From assembly GCA_963848135.1 (NCBI GenBank), contig CAWKCK010000002.1:62001-126000 (forward strand): 64,000 bases of DNA, in the 5' to 3' direction. The notes beneath the pieces were generated by a model that saw only the letters and a program-made list of their open reading frames with translations, was not told the origin of the DNA and made no database searches. This stretch comes from an uncultured delta proteobacterium (lineage in GTDB: Bacteria > Desulfobacterota > Desulfobacteria > Desulfobacterales > SG8-13). Positions 8,246 through 17,813 of the stretch are shown here, piece after piece. The position numbers and the translations under genes are program-made. Numbering within the stretch: the first letter of the stretch is position 1; each line of letters opens with the position of its first letter.

Positions 8246-11200
8246 ATGGAAAATTTCAGGACAATGACAATGGAAAATTATAAGTCGACCGAGAATCAGG
8301 CCCTGAATACGAATCTATACACACCAGGTAATTCTAAACCCATTGTTTCGACTGAGGAATCGGCTGATGTGGACTACAAACAGATGACAAAAATAATTGA
8401 CAAACAATTGGCAAAGTCCAAACGTGCCCATGTCAAAGAGCTTCAGAAACAGTTCAATCGGTTAATCAAAGACAATAAGAAAAACTTCGATCAACTGTCC
8501 ATGGAAAACGGTCGTCTGCTCAAGATCGTTGAGGATTTACAATCAAGCCAACGCCACTTGCAGCATCAGCTGGAGCTTCACCAGGAGCGTGAAAAACTGG
8601 CCGTACTGAGAGAACAGCAGGATGTCAAACGGATCAGGGATCTGGAAGACCGCCTGTCTCTTCTTTTGCTGCCCCCTGTGCAGAACAAGCCGATCAGCCT
8701 TGATGATCCGAGTCGATCGGAGATCACCATTCAGACGGCCGAAATCGTTGAAACAGTTGAAGAGCCGCAAGAAGTTATTGCCATGGAAAATGTGCTGGAA
8801 AGTTTCCCCGACGTCGGTAGCCACGAAGTGGATATTGAGGATGATCTTTCCCAGAAAGCGGTGGATCCGTCTTCCGATGAAGATGGCCCGGTTGCCGGCC
8901 CGTTTACGGGACCCGAATCCGATGACGATTTCGAGGATGGGGAGAAAACAGCACCCCTTCCTGCTGACGTTCAATCAGCGGATATTGCGGTTGAAGTGTC
9001 CGTTGAGAAAAGTCAGACAGCGCGCGAGGAAAGTGGTGAAGACGAAATTGAGTCGCCCAGTGATGTCCATGAAATGGCCGTTGATCCGCTCTCGGAAAGG
9101 GAGAATATTGATGGGCCAGATTTAGATGAAGCTCCGTTGGGCCTTGACGATAAAAACTTTACGGCCGGCGAAGAGGAATTTTACCCACAGAGTGAAACAG
9201 TTGTCGATGAGGATATGCCTGACTCCTCCCCAATACCCGCGAGTGATGAATGGATGCAACCCGATACGACCCAGCTGGAAGAGGGGTTTGCCGAATTCGG
9301 TCACAGGGAAAAACGAGACGAGAGCGGCTCCGGTGAAGAACCGACGACCGAGGAAATCGAAACGGTTGGAGAAATACCACCCCTGGGAACCGATTCAACT
9401 TCGAGAGCAGAATCAGAAGTTGAAGAAAACGTTGATCCAATCGAAGAGGATGCCAAGCTTCCCATCGATTTTTCTACAAAGGACGATGAAAATGAAAGTG
9501 GTATGGATCAGTCGCCTTCAATTATCGACTCTATGACTGTCGAGAAGGACGAGGGCGCTGGGATCACCGAGGGTGTAAGTGCGGATGATGACATTATAGA
9601 ACTTCAGGATGAGATCAGCCTCGAGATGCCTGGGAATGAGATTGAAGACCATGAGATGATAAAGGAAGACGCTGTTTCCAGGGAGGACGCCGAACTTCCC
9701 GGCATGCAGCTTGATTCGGACGCGGTCGCGGAATTGGATGACACCGTCGAACCCTTTCATCCCTCTGAATCGGATGACACTGTCGATACGGGAACATTTG
9801 AAATTATTGAATTGCAGGAAGAAAACATCGTTTCTCCAACGCCGGAAACATCAGGAGATTTTCAATCTTCGGATTTAGAGGTTTTAGCCTCCGAAATCTC
9901 GGCAGGTGATCTTTCGACCGAAATTCCAGGCTCACCCCTGCCTGAGCAATTGTCCGTCAATGCGACAGATGTTGATCTTACATCAGAAAATGCCCAGGAA
10001 TTTTTCCAACGAGGCAAATCCGCCTGCGAATCAAAGGATTACTCTCAAGCGGCGGTTTATTTCGATCGGTTTGTCGAACTGGTACCCGATGAACCACGGG
10101 GGCATTATAATCTTGCCCTTCTTTATTACCGGCTGAAAAATTATCCTACGGCCCGCAAACATGCCGCGCTCGCTCGCGCGTTGGATTATGCTCCGGTTGA
10201 CAAGATAATGAAAAAAATCGAAGCTAAAATGAAGTTGAGCGCTAATATTGGGCAACGCGACGGTCGAAGGCAACCGGTAGAAGAAAATGCACCTGATGAC
10301 CAGGACACCCTGCAAACGGATTTTCGCGGCGGTGTCGGCACAGTGGTCGATGACGAGACGGTGGTTTATGAACCGGACATTCTACCGCATTTCAATATTG
10401 ACTTTTCAAAGAGTGAAATAGAAGATGACACGGACGATGAACCGTATGACCTGGTGTCACCCGTGGAAGATAATTCAGGGGAATCAGGATTGCCTGAGAT
10501 CGCCGGGACAGGAGAAATGCTCGGTGAAGACATCGCAACGAACGGCAACCAATCCAATGATCCAGTGGTGCCGATAACGGATATAAAATTGCCGGGAATT
10601 GAAAAAGCCGACGATGTGCAGCCGGAGATGGCTGTTCCAATAAGCGCGTCGGTTCAACAGGATATAGAAGTAGAAGCGTCAAGCGTATGGGCGTCGGAAG
10701 GTGCGGGCAGTGAGGGCGCAGCGCATGAAGACTCTGGCGCTGATACAAACTCTGGCTATCCACTCTATGATGTCGGCTACGATGCCCTGGCAGAATACCT
10801 GCCCGATCCGATCGAGAGCCTGACTGACGATGCTGTCGAAACACTGGATGAAAATGAACAGGGTCGGACAAAAACCAATGATAATACCGCTGCTGGCAAT
10901 ATTGTCTCTGACGTACAAGAAATTCAACCACAGGTTGAGGTACAACCAACCACTATATATCCTGCCGGTATGAATGACCAGGAAGAGAACCTTTTTGAAC
11001 CTCCGCCAAAAGACCCTGAATTAGAGGAAATAAATACAGCATCGCCGGAAGAGACCATAGAACCATTACTCTCGGAAGGCGATAATTTTTCGGATAATTC
11101 TGCATCTGAAACTGCAGCGGGTGATGATGTCGTAGAGTCGTCCGAAGAAACGATTCCCGCCAGCCGGCATTTTTCTTTGGCCATGGTGGCATCCCGGCAA

Positions 11201-12076
11201 AAAGACTATCCCGAGGCGATTGCATGTTTTGAAAACTACGTTGAGCAATTGCCTGACGAGCCAAAGGGACACTACAATCTGGCCATCCTGTATTACAGAT
11301 GCCGCGAATACGATAAGGCATCGGACTGCGCGAACCGCGCGCTCCAGTTGGGGGCCAAATCATCTCAGAAGATCATCGATAAAATCGAATCGAAGCTTTC
11401 TCTGGAAGAATCTACAAACCACCGACAATCAGGAGAAGATCCCTTCAACAAACTACTCAGTGACAGCCTCAACTTTCCCATCACTGAAGTCGGAAACCCC
11501 GCTGGAGAGGACGATACTGCATCGATTTGGGATGCCGACGAACTGGATGGTGACATTAGTCCGTCACTGATTGCCGAGGCAGCTGAAGAGAATTCCTTCG
11601 GTACCAAGGACGATGTGATTGTTTTTAACTCGGCCATGGCCCCGGCAAACGACAGTGAACCGACTCAAAACCCACTGCCGGAGGACAAACCGTCACTCGA
11701 GGAATTGAAAATTAGTGCGTTACAGCGTTCACCATCCTCTGGATCTGAGGGATCGGATGACATCGCTGACCACGCTTCCGAAATTGGCGGTACCGGCATG
11801 AACGCACCGAGTGAATCCGGAAGAATTAATAACCTGTTCAACCTTGGCCAGAAGGCCATCGATAACAACGAATTTCTTAAAGCGATCAAGCATTTCACAA
11901 AAGTGACCCACTTACTGCCCGACGACCCCCGGGGCTATTACTATCTTGCAGTCGTATCGTGCCGTCTGAAATTTTTCGAGACTGCCAGAGAGCACGCCAC
12001 ACGTGCCATCGAACTAGGATCGGACCCGGCGAAAAAAGTTTTGGAAGAAATCACCGCCCATCAAGCGACCGTCTAA
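8246..12076 (+). CDS. Large acidic protein with N-terminal coiled coil and three TPR clusters
   Basis: 1276 aa, very D/E-rich linkers; three related segments PDEPRGHYNLALLYYR / PDEPKGHYNLAILYYR / PDDPRGYYYLAVVSCR. Confidence 0.8.
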   Translation: MENFRTMTMENYKSTENQALNTNLYTPGNSKPIVSTEESADVDYKQMTKIIDKQLAKSKRAHVKELQKQFNRLIKDNKKNFDQLSMENGRLLKIVEDLQSSQRHLQHQLELHQEREKLAVLREQQDVKRIRDLEDRLSLLLLPPVQNKPISLDDPSRSEITIQTAEIVETVEEPQEVIAMENVLESFPDVGSHEVDIEDDLSQKAVDPSSDEDGPVAGPFTGPESDDDFEDGEKTAPLPADVQSADIAVEVSVEKSQTAREESGEDEIESPSDVHEMAVDPLSERENIDGPDLDEAPLGLDDKNFTAGEEEFYPQSETVVDEDMPDSSPIPASDEWMQPDTTQLEEGFAEFGHREKRDESGSGEEPTTEEIETVGEIPPLGTDSTSRAESEVEENVDPIEEDAKLPIDFSTKDDENESGMDQSPSIIDSMTVEKDEGAGITEGVSADDDIIELQDEISLEMPGNEIEDHEMIKEDAVSREDAELPGMQLDSDAVAELDDTVEPFHPSESDDTVDTGTFEIIELQEENIVSPTPETSGDFQSSDLEVLASEISAGDLSTEIPGSPLPEQLSVNATDVDLTSENAQEFFQRGKSACESKDYSQAAVYFDRFVELVPDEPRGHYNLALLYYRLKNYPTARKHAALARALDYAPVDKIMKKIEAKMKLSANIGQRDGRRQPVEENAPDDQDTLQTDFRGGVGTVVDDETVVYEPDILPHFNIDFSKSEIEDDTDDEPYDLVSPVEDNSGESGLPEIAGTGEMLGEDIATNGNQSNDPVVPITDIKLPGIEKADDVQPEMAVPISASVQQDIEVEASSVWASEGAGSEGAAHEDSGADTNSGYPLYDVGYDALAEYLPDPIESLTDDAVETLDENEQGRTKTNDNTAAGNIVSDVQEIQPQVEVQPTTIYPAGMNDQEENLFEPPPKDPELEEINTASPEETIEPLLSEGDNFSDNSASETAAGDDVVESSEETIPASRHFSLAMVASRQKDYPEAIACFENYVEQLPDEPKGHYNLAILYYRCREYDKASDCANRALQLGAKSSQKIIDKIESKLSLEESTNHRQSGEDPFNKLLSDSLNFPITEVGNPAGEDDTASIWDADELDGDISPSLIAEAAEENSFGTKDDVIVFNSAMAPANDSEPTQNPLPEDKPSLEELKISALQRSPSSGSEGSDDIADHASEIGGTGMNAPSESGRINNLFNLGQKAIDNNEFLKAIKHFTKVTHLLPDDPRGYYYLAVVSCRLKFFETAREHATRAIELGSDPAKKVLEEITAHQATV

Positions 12077-12096
12077 GACATGAGGAGAGTGAATAA

Positions 12097-12489
12097 ATGA
12101 GGATTCTGGTTGGATACGACGGCTCGAATGCTGCCAAGGAGGCATTGAAATTGACCAAAAGGTTTGCCGCGGCGTTAGGTGCAAAAGTGGATGTGGTGAC
12201 CTCCATGGCCAAAGCCACCGAAGGGGAGCAAGATATCGTTTTACAAGCTGAAAATTGGCTGGAATACGCTCAATCGATTCTCGAGAAAAACAAGATCGAT
12301 TGTGCCACCCACCTGCTGATTCGGGGGCTGTCGGCTGGAGAAGATATTGTCAAGTTTGCGGGTGACAACAGTGTCGATTTGATCGTTGTCGGCGTGAAGA
12401 GACGGTCCAAAGTGGGTAAGATAATTATGGGTTCGACAGCGCAGTATGTCATTATCAAGGCCCCTTGTCCGGTATTGACCGTAAAATAA
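12097..12489 (+). CDS. Universal stress protein (UspA family)
   Basis: ILVGYDGS...DLIVVG...MGSTAQYVIIKAPCPVLTVK. Confidence 0.92.
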   Translation: MRILVGYDGSNAAKEALKLTKRFAAALGAKVDVVTSMAKATEGEQDIVLQAENWLEYAQSILEKNKIDCATHLLIRGLSAGEDIVKFAGDNSVDLIVVGVKRRSKVGKIIMGSTAQYVIIKAPCPVLTVK

Positions 12490-12520
12490 GCCGCCATAGC
12501 CGTTTATAGCGTCTTAACGA

Positions 12521-12679
12521 GTTGTTGAGAAACGATTGCGCTTGACAATACGTCGTCAATGGCTGAACCGGGGGGCCCTACCCCCGCTTCAAAGAAAATG
12601 CTCATTTATCACACATAAACTCCGCTATTTCGTCAGCTTTTGCCTTGTCTTGCCGGCGCGCATGACTTTTTTCAACACC
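12521..12679. repeat. Long imperfect intergenic hairpin (miniature repeat element candidate 2)
   Basis: Terminal TGTTGAGAAA / TTTTTCAACA inverted pair, inner GCTCATTTAT-cacac-ATAAACTCCGC hairpin, GCCTTG in the right arm; lies between convergent genes. Confidence 0.55.
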
Positions 12680-12720
12680 CTGTAAAACCCGCGAAGGCGT
12701 TACTGCTTGTCACCGTATTC

Positions 12721-13617
12721 TCAATGCGCCGCTGCATGGCCCCCCCGTCGCAAGTGGATTTCGAGTCGTTCGACCAATAGAGAACAGGTAAGAGTCAACA
12801 GCAAATACAAAACGGTGATCGTTATCCAGATCTCGAAAGTCATATAAGTTGTGGCCATCAGTTCCATTCCCTGGAATGTCAACTCCTGAATCGAAATGAC
12901 CGACACGATCGCCGAATCTTTAATCGTCGATATGAACTGGCCAGTGAGTGGCGGGAGAATCTGTTTTACCGCCTGGGGGAGAATGATATGCCGCATCCGC
13001 TGTGAATTTGAAAAACCTAAGGCATCAGCAGCTTCCCACTGGCCTTTCTCGATGGATTGAATCCCGGCTCGCACGATCTCAGTAATGTAGGCTCCCTCGA
13101 ATATCGCAAGGGTCAGCAAGGCCGCTACAAAAGCGGGAAACAACGCCGACGGGGCAAACAGCGCTTCTATCAGCCCCCGGGGGAAGCCCGACATGGTGGA
13201 CAACGCGCGGTCGATACCGATAGCAGGAAGAATCTGGTCGCCGATAAAGTAGTAGAAGATAAAGACCAGGACCAGCGGTGGCAGATTACGGATGATTTCG
13301 ACGTAAGTGCTGCCGATGAGCCGCTTGAATAGGCTGGCACTCACCCGGAAAAGCCCCATCAACGCCCCAATAATCGTTGCCAGAACTGTCGCCCAGAAAC
13401 TCAACCGGATCGTCATCATCAGACCCGTGATAAGGACGTTCGGTACCCAACGGTCTGCCTGGGGATCGAACCGGAAAAGATATTGCGGAATCGCACCCCA
13501 ATTCCAGGTATAATTCAACTCTGCTTCTATTCTGTATACCAGGTAGGCAGCAACAACCGCTGCGATGAGAATGACAGCACCGTCAAGAAGTGTTATTTTG
13601 ATTCGTTTGCTATGCAA
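12721..13617 (-). CDS. Polar amino-acid ABC transporter permease
   Basis: YVEIIRNLP, AYITEIVRAGIQSIEKGQWEAADALG, IKDSAIVS motifs; start set at TTG 13617 to avoid overlap with the SBP gene. Confidence 0.9.
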   Translation of the reverse strand: MHSKRIKITLLDGAVILIAAVVAAYLVYRIEAELNYTWNWGAIPQYLFRFDPQADRWVPNVLITGLMMTIRLSFWATVLATIIGALMGLFRVSASLFKRLIGSTYVEIIRNLPPLVLVFIFYYFIGDQILPAIGIDRALSTMSGFPRGLIEALFAPSALFPAFVAALLTLAIFEGAYITEIVRAGIQSIEKGQWEAADALGFSNSQRMRHIILPQAVKQILPPLTGQFISTIKDSAIVSVISIQELTFQGMELMATTYMTFEIWITITVLYLLLTLTCSLLVERLEIHLRRGGHAAAH

Positions 13618-13667
13618 TCCCGATAAGCTTTGGTGTAAAGATCCGTGTGGGTTTTCCTGCAATAAAG

Positions 13668-14501
13668 TTACTTCAGCGCGCTCTCCCATTCCTTTGTGCC
13701 GAACCAATAATGTTTGCGCTCCTTCAACCAGCCCTCCGCGTCGACGACACGAATCCAATTATTGAAGTAGTTCAACGTATCGACATCGCCTTTTCGCACC
13801 GCAAACCCGATAGGCTCTTTGGTGAAGGTACCTTGAAGGGGTAAATAGAGAATGTCCTGGTTTTCTATGGCCAAAAATCCCGGCAGGGGTGCGGATGCCA
13901 CCAATGCGTGAACCCGGCCGCTGCGAACTTCCTGAATGACTTGCGATTCGTCGTTAAAAAGTTTCAATTTCGCCTGCGGTAAGTATTTTCTTGCGGCCAC
14001 CTCGGCCGTGGAACCGAGGCGAGCGGCGATTGTTACATTTGACCGGTTGAAGTCTTGAAGCTTGCTGTAACCGGCAGCCCGTTTTTTATGCGCAACGATA
14101 GACATTCCGCTGTAATCGTAGGGTATGGTGAAGTTGACCTTCAGGTTACGTCGCGGTAGAATCCCCATCCCGCCAATAATGACATCGAATTTTCCCGTCA
14201 ATAACGCCGGGATGATGCCAGCCCATTTGGTCGGTATATACTCGACCTTCACGCCGGTGTCTTCCGCAAGGCGTGTGGCCACATCGATTTCAAACCCGAT
14301 GAGTTTGCCCGTTTTGTCCTTCATCGCCCAAGGGACAAAGGTCGACATGCCCACGCGTAAAACACCCCGTTGGAGAACCTGTTCAATGGTGCTTTCGCTT
14401 GTCAGCTCTTTTTGGACGTTTCCGGCCAGTGCGGATCCGACGGTTGTTGTCAGCGCAATCACGATCATTGCTACAGATAGTAAGCCTTTCTGTCGAATCA
14501 T
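13668..14501 (-). CDS. Polar amino-acid ABC substrate-binding protein (SBP family 3)
   Basis: Signal peptide; GVLRVG, GFEIDVA, WAGIIPALLTGKFDVIIGGM, VNFTIPY. Confidence 0.92.
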   Translation of the reverse strand: MIRQKGLLSVAMIVIALTTTVGSALAGNVQKELTSESTIEQVLQRGVLRVGMSTFVPWAMKDKTGKLIGFEIDVATRLAEDTGVKVEYIPTKWAGIIPALLTGKFDVIIGGMGILPRRNLKVNFTIPYDYSGMSIVAHKKRAAGYSKLQDFNRSNVTIAARLGSTAEVAARKYLPQAKLKLFNDESQVIQEVRSGRVHALVASAPLPGFLAIENQDILYLPLQGTFTKEPIGFAVRKGDVDTLNYFNNWIRVVDAEGWLKERKHYWFGTKEWESALK

Positions 14502-14593
14502 ATTCTTTCTCCTTAAAATATTTTGGGGTCGAACAAAAAAAACATTTTCGTTGTCCTACCTGTCGGGCGATGACCGTCGTACTGTTATCACCC

Positions 14594-15370
14594 TTACTCT
14601 ATGAGCCTGAAGCGATGCTCGAGGTAGTAAACGGCGAGAGAGAGCGTCATCGTAATCGATAGGTAAATGACGGCGATCGTGAACCACAATTCAAAAACCA
14701 AAAAAGTTTGTGAAATTATGATTTGGCCTTGCATGGTGAGATCATAGATCGCAATCGTGCTGACCAGCGCCGAATCTTTGATGAGCGAAACGGCCTGACT
14801 CGTAAGGGGTGGCAGGATTTTTCGAATGGCTTGGGGAAGGATCACCAGCCGGTAGGTTTTCCACGAATTGAACCCAATGCTGTAAGCGGCTTCCCATTGC
14901 TCCTTAGGTATGGATAGAATGCCGGCACGGAAGATTTCGGATGCGTAGGCGCCTTCGAAAAGACTCAGTGCCAACACGGCTGATACAAATGCGCTGATGT
15001 CGAGCACGGGTGCCAGGACGAAATATATCAGAAATAGTTGCACCAGAAGCGGAGTGTTGCGCATCAATTCCAAATAGCCTCTGGCAAGGCCTCTGGCGAC
15101 AAATGAATGCGACAGACGGAAGAGGGCGGTGATCATGCCGAAGGCGAATGCGAGTGCGAGGCTGATCCCCGAAATTTGCAGCGTGATCTTGAGGCCGTCA
15201 ATCAACGGTCCGGCAATCAGATGACCGTCGCTGATGGAATACAGATAAGCCGGGACGCGATACCACTGCCAATTGTAGCCCAATGATTCAGCGCCGCGCA
15301 GAATCAGCCAGGTTATAGATCCCACAACCGCAAGATATTTAAGTATGTCAACCACGAACCGTGGCATCAT
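14594..15370 (-). CDS. Polar amino-acid ABC transporter permease
   Basis: YLELMRNTPLLVQL, AYASEIFRAGILSIPKEQWEAA, IKDSALVS; start at MMPRF. Confidence 0.9.
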   Translation of the reverse strand: MMPRFVVDILKYLAVVGSITWLILRGAESLGYNWQWYRVPAYLYSISDGHLIAGPLIDGLKITLQISGISLALAFAFGMITALFRLSHSFVARGLARGYLELMRNTPLLVQLFLIYFVLAPVLDISAFVSAVLALSLFEGAYASEIFRAGILSIPKEQWEAAYSIGFNSWKTYRLVILPQAIRKILPPLTSQAVSLIKDSALVSTIAIYDLTMQGQIIISQTFLVFELWFTIAVIYLSITMTLSLAVYYLEHRFRLIE

Positions 15371-15718
15371 CGATCTGACACCCGAAATACGAATATGACG
15401 TCCAGCGTAGTGCATGGCAAGGATCGACGCAGATGCAACATGAGTCTTCGGTGGGTTGGCAGCCGTCGACGACAGTGCGATTTGAAACCTTCGATTCAGG
15501 CAAGAATTACCGTTCGTTATCCCCGGGTAGATATCAACGCGCCGCGCGACGGTTTTTAATAATGTCAATATGAGGCCGCGCTGAAAGTTTGTCATGTAAC
15601 ATACGGGCCAAGGCCTTTTCCACCGGGGATTCCCCATGAACGATGAGAATGGAAATCAATTAACACATCAAGGTGGTGTTTGCAAATTGCACGCTTAAAA
15701 ATGGTGTCATAAAGATGA

Positions 15719-17092
15719 TCAGTTCACCAGGCTCTGAATCGGCGCTGGTATCCGGCCGCCGAGCCGAATAAACCGATTGGGACCCGGGGGATTTTTCACC
15801 GGCAGGATTACTGATTGGCCGAGAAGACCGCCAAAACGTGCCGTGTCGCCGGGTTTTTTACCGGGTACGGGGATCAGGCGCGTCGCAGTGGTCTTCCGGT
15901 TGATAACACCGATGGCCATTTCATCGGCGATGATGGCCGCAAGGGTATCTTCGGTTATATCTCCGGGGAGCGCGACCATATCGAGTCCAACAGAACAGAC
16001 ACTCGTTATGGCCTCGAGTTTTTCAAGGGTCAAATGTCCGTTGGCCGCTGCCTCGGAAATGTTCAGGTCTTCGCTGACCGGAATGAACGCGCCGCTGAGA
16101 CCGCCGACATTGGAGCTGGCGAATGCGCCGCCTTTTTTGACAGCGTCGTTGATCAGCGCCAAGGCGGCGGTCGTACCGGGAACCCCGATGCTGAACAGAC
16201 CGAGGCTTTGGAAAATTTCTCCTACGCTATCGCCGACATTCGGCGTTGGTGCCAAGGACAGATCAACCACACCGAAACGGATGTTGAGACTGTCGGCGAC
16301 CTCGCGGCCGATGAGTTCCCCGACACGAGTAACCTTATATGCCGTGTGTTTGATGAGCTCTGATATCTGACCGAGGTCCATATGGGTCTCGGTGGATAAT
16401 GCACGGTCGATAGCCTTTTTAACCACACCCGGTCCGCTGACGCCGACGTTGATGACGGCATCGGCTTCACCGATACCCAGATAGGCGCCGGCCATAAAGG
16501 GGATATCCTGGGGAATATTTGCGAATACGCAAAGTTTCGCACAGGCGATACCATCATCTCTGGCCGTCAGACTGGCGGCCCGTTTGATCTTTTGACCCAT
16601 TAGGTATACGGCGTCCATGTTTATTCCGGCGCGAGTGGACGCAACGTTGATCGACGCACACACCCGATCAGTTTCGGCCAGGGCCTCTGGAATGGCATCG
16701 ATGAGGGCCCGATCACCTTTGGCAATCCCCTTTTCGACAAGGGCGGTAAAACCGCCGATGAAATCGACGTTAACCTCCTTGGCTGCTTGATTGAGAGTAC
16801 GGGCGACGTCAATCATCTGAGAAGAGGAAAACGGCGCGGCAGCGACCGCTATCGGGCTTACGGAGATTCGTTTGTTAACCACCGGAATGCCGTATTTGTC
16901 ACCGACATGGTTGCACGCTCTAACCAGATGGCCGGCCAGATCTTTTATTTTGAACATGATGTTATCTTTGAAACGGTTGAGATCATGGCTGGCGCAGTCG
17001 AGCAAATTGATGCCCATGGTGACAGTCCGGACATCGAGGTGTTCATTCTGCACCATTTCGAGCGTTGAGAGGATTTCTCTTTCAGTTAGCAT
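15719..17092 (-). CDS. UPF0210/DUF711 family protein
   Basis: LDVRTVTMGINLLDC, PVVNKRISVSPI, GVSGPGVV, GGLSGAFIPVSED, VCSVGLDM, RIPAPIQSL. Confidence 0.9.
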   Translation of the reverse strand: MLTEREILSTLEMVQNEHLDVRTVTMGINLLDCASHDLNRFKDNIMFKIKDLAGHLVRACNHVGDKYGIPVVNKRISVSPIAVAAAPFSSSQMIDVARTLNQAAKEVNVDFIGGFTALVEKGIAKGDRALIDAIPEALAETDRVCASINVASTRAGINMDAVYLMGQKIKRAASLTARDDGIACAKLCVFANIPQDIPFMAGAYLGIGEADAVINVGVSGPGVVKKAIDRALSTETHMDLGQISELIKHTAYKVTRVGELIGREVADSLNIRFGVVDLSLAPTPNVGDSVGEIFQSLGLFSIGVPGTTAALALINDAVKKGGAFASSNVGGLSGAFIPVSEDLNISEAAANGHLTLEKLEAITSVCSVGLDMVALPGDITEDTLAAIIADEMAIGVINRKTTATRLIPVPGKKPGDTARFGGLLGQSVILPVKNPPGPNRFIRLGGRIPAPIQSLVN

Positions 17093-17157
17093 TTTCTGTT
17101 TCCAATAGTGTGATGAGCGTTTTTGTCGACAATCCCGGGCATTTTATGAATAATCAA

Positions 17158-17712
17158 TTAGATTCGATGTATGGCCTCGAAAATATTGCGATGCTGAATG
17201 CTGATCTGCAAATTAAGTTCTTCTGCTTTGCTTCGCAGATCACTATAAAAGCCTTGCTGGTCGATTTCGGCGGGCACGTCGACCTCATAGATCATGATGT
17301 TGTTGTTGGGGTCTTCACCGCCTTTGAAAACAGCCTGGAGATTGGTTACGTTGACACCATAGCGGGCAATGATCTCCGTAACAGCGGCAACCAACCCTTT
17401 GCGGTCAGGCCCCCGGGTGGTGATGACAAAGGCTTCGCTTCTCTCCATCGTGAAGAAGACCCTGCCGGGTTCGAGGGGTTTGACAAAAACATGGTGGTTC
17501 AAGGGGGCCAGCCCTTCTTTCAAATAATCTGCCAGTTCATCGATGGACAATTGGGGTGGCAGGGCCACGATAAAGATACCGCTGAATTCAGATTGGAGTA
17601 TGGTCTGGCTGACATTTTCGATGTTGCCGTCTTTTTCGACCAACATCTTGGATACCGCGGCGATGATGCCCGGTCGGTCAGGGCCCAAAACCGAAATCAT
17701 GACCTTGTTCAT
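17158..17712 (-). CDS. Tandem ACT-domain protein (GcvR-like)
   Basis: Two ACT repeats (VLGPDRPGIIA; TRGPDRKGLVA); ends QHRNIFEAIHRI as in the ACT partners of UPF0210. Confidence 0.85.
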   Translation of the reverse strand: MNKVMISVLGPDRPGIIAAVSKMLVEKDGNIENVSQTILQSEFSGIFIVALPPQLSIDELADYLKEGLAPLNHHVFVKPLEPGRVFFTMERSEAFVITTRGPDRKGLVAAVTEIIARYGVNVTNLQAVFKGGEDPNNNIMIYEVDVPAEIDQQGFYSDLRSKAEELNLQISIQHRNIFEAIHRI

Positions 17713-17813
17713 TCAATCACTCCTGCTGTTACCGGCACGGAATGCCAGGGTTCTTTACCGACAGTGTTTCTATTTATCGCCATTCTCTGCTTCGATAAAA
17801 TGGGCGAGTAGGG

